Assembly: GCA_016196225.1 (NCBI GenBank)
Contig: JACPXZ010000029.1
Location: 24,849 to 88,848, forward strand
Direction: 5' to 3'
Length of the DNA stretch: 64,000 bases
From: Candidatus Peregrinibacteria bacterium
GTDB taxonomy: Bacteria; Patescibacteriota; Gracilibacteria; Peribacterales; Peribacteraceae
Shown here in pieces: positions 63,501 to 64,000 of this stretch. Numbering within the stretch: position 1 is the first letter of the stretch; the number at the start of each line of letters is the position of its first letter. Both the position numbers and the translations under genes were made by a program. The notes beneath the pieces were generated by a model that worked only from the letters and a program-made list of their open reading frames with translations, searched no databases and was not told the origin of the DNA.

Positions 63501-64000
63501 AACCGGGACAACGACCCAGGCGACATATCTTGAGGCGGAAGAACTCGATGACGGATCCAACTTGTCGGGGATCAGCACCAACAGCAGCTGTCAGACGGAT
63601 AGCGACACGACCGCGGAAACCAATTGTGACGTGACGGTCACCACGGCGGATGCAACCCTCTGGGAGCTGACATCACAGGGAGACCTGTTTGTGAGTCGTG
63701 ATCAGAGCGGCGTGCGCGATCGCCAGCTCATCGCGGGAGAGCTTGGAGACGTAGTGCTGCACATGCAGTTCCGCGCAGTGAACGAAGACGTTGATGTCAC
63801 GGATATCGTGATCACATCGTCGGGTTCGAGTGCGTCATCCGTTGATCGTCTCGAACTCTACAAAATTGGTGCCACGACGCCATTTGCCAATGCCACCATC
63901 GGTGGATGCGGCGGTGACGATGTCGTGAAGGAAAACCCTGGTGCTGGGGGCGCAACGGTCTCCTCATTCTGTGCCAACATGGAGAGCCGACAGTTTGTCG
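60583..64000 (+). CDS. Very large SLH-domain surface (S-layer-like) protein, 5' part (more than 1139 codons, continues beyond the window)
   Basis: I translated it by hand. It has a signal peptide (MEISRLKRLAAGISVAAITLTQVGSVFA) and three SLH repeats (..FRGGENANRAEFVKLVVEL; ..ANINRAEAAALIVRAF; ..SDNMNRAEMVVMLHRV). A long Thr/Val/Asp/Gly-rich beta-type region follows with no stop to 64000. It is absent from the ORF track because no stop lies in the window. Confidence 0.85.
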   Translation, partial: MEISRLKRLAAGISVAAITLTQVGSVFAAYKDVPSGVWYGDAVMSFTDAGYLDASQTRFRGGENANRAEFVKLVVELNGGILSAAPAVRSFDDVDSGAWYYGYMEEAAKEGWVRGDGNCYGSHPCYARPSANINRAEAAALIVRAFGLEWSGDAAQFVDNPSGQWYTDSVQTAADHCVLQGDDATGRVRPSDNMNRAEMVVMLHRVDQGLVYGEDCGTGEAGGGGVSLPTLMGVNALSASSLEVEFNVPLDADTAEDASHYTVSGPGNLSVESATLANGSTVELVLSDVMSAGGNYTLTVDDMMTTDEGVFSDALSFKGYSPVVVGDGVLELSVSAANPRGDTVPQGAVGVVMLSVDLTASCDDTVTVTDVTLLHEGFGSQSDIGGVYAAIDGARVSRKRTIDSEDQTADLRFSSPLVIAPCESVTVDIVADYGTSLTSGAEHNVTVELPTDVAGDAKEVRGNFPLKGETFRAAAVTSGVITIAYRTVSPDEVEVGNLDTVVGKFEISTNSVEDQTFYSMTFEQNSSASDGDFRNVRIRRTDGTILTNSVSQTVGDFVTLVFDPPFTLLEGDKITLEVIADVVGGAGDAIIMHFEESSDVFAVGSLYGYGVNGQLYGSQITLPTETSTLPDTVNIDAGEFTIEIDGPAQQKYTRDDKDVSLANILITTGGEAVDIKDLFIAIQGQTATGHNLSFTNGTTSDNISEVLEDVELRNKVTGRTISAVRLTGTSEFGQANNTSGTGSFQIYRFDDFVVQGKETWEFRVDFIDNGSDKSPRNGDQFRIQICGEPTHTGTPPVANTTTCSFAGLLATASTSYQLSIEGVSTGDRVGDVRPRGNISGNFHRIANASLTVAVKAGIAGGDTAVQNSKSVNLFRFEARAGEAEDILLTKGVFDTRSGSLLNGQNYALWVDTDGDTVVDTILEDGVAAQSSLVSFTDLAGGGYVIPKEDTVIFEVHADIAASLTNNSLYLKFATGTTTQATYLEAEELDDGSNLSGISTNSSCQTDSDTTAETNCDVTVTTADATLWELTSQGDLFVSRDQSGVRDRQLIAGELGDVVLHMQFRAVNEDVDVTDIVITSSGSSASSVDRLELYKIGATTPFANATIGGCGGDDVVKENPGAGGATVSSFCANMESRQFV

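Overview
This is a gene-dense chromosomal segment of about 64 kb, roughly 50% GC by eye (not computed), from a small-genome bacterium. The gene content points to a Candidate Phyla Radiation/Patescibacteria-type lineage, possibly Peregrinibacteria-like. That placement is inference only. It rests on a type IV pilin, SLH-anchored giant surface proteins, class I aldolase, Zwf/Pgl, a lean housekeeping set and GC-rich hairpin repeats.

I call 59 CDS. They include purH, dinG-like, nusA, tsaB, secA, holB, murA, pyrF, comM, yraN, pgl, zwf, metK, serS, uvrB, galU, uppP, recJ, dnaJ, jag, HU, topA, udp, dgt, nnrD, ftsQ-like, gatCA, rnpA, yidC, fba and cysS, plus many envelope and peptidoglycan genes. I also call 4 tRNAs (Thr-UGU, Arg-CCU, Trp-CCA, Asp-GUC), all with encoded CCA, and an unusually long type-A RNase P RNA. 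I saw no rRNA, CRISPR array, transposase, integrase or recognisable defence island.

Most interesting observations:
1. A roughly 310-bp array of 15 TGATCA palindromes with helical (11-12 bp) phasing. It forms two blocks around an AT-rich core and abuts an excisionase-type HTH/coiled-coil gene (43078-43895).
2. A pore-less voltage-sensor domain fused to a bacterial PH domain (45827-46732).
3. A secreted Gly/Met-rich repeat protein carrying perfect 36-bp tandem repeats (31551-32528).
4. Pervasive -10-like TAnnnT hexamers 6-8 nt upstream of start codons, including divergent gene pairs only 14-27 bp apart. This suggests leaderless transcription.
5. A roughly 580-nt RNase P RNA that appears to have been colonised by a GC-rich hairpin repeat family also found elsewhere in the window.

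All functional calls come from reading the supplied translations and the raw sequence; no database search was run.
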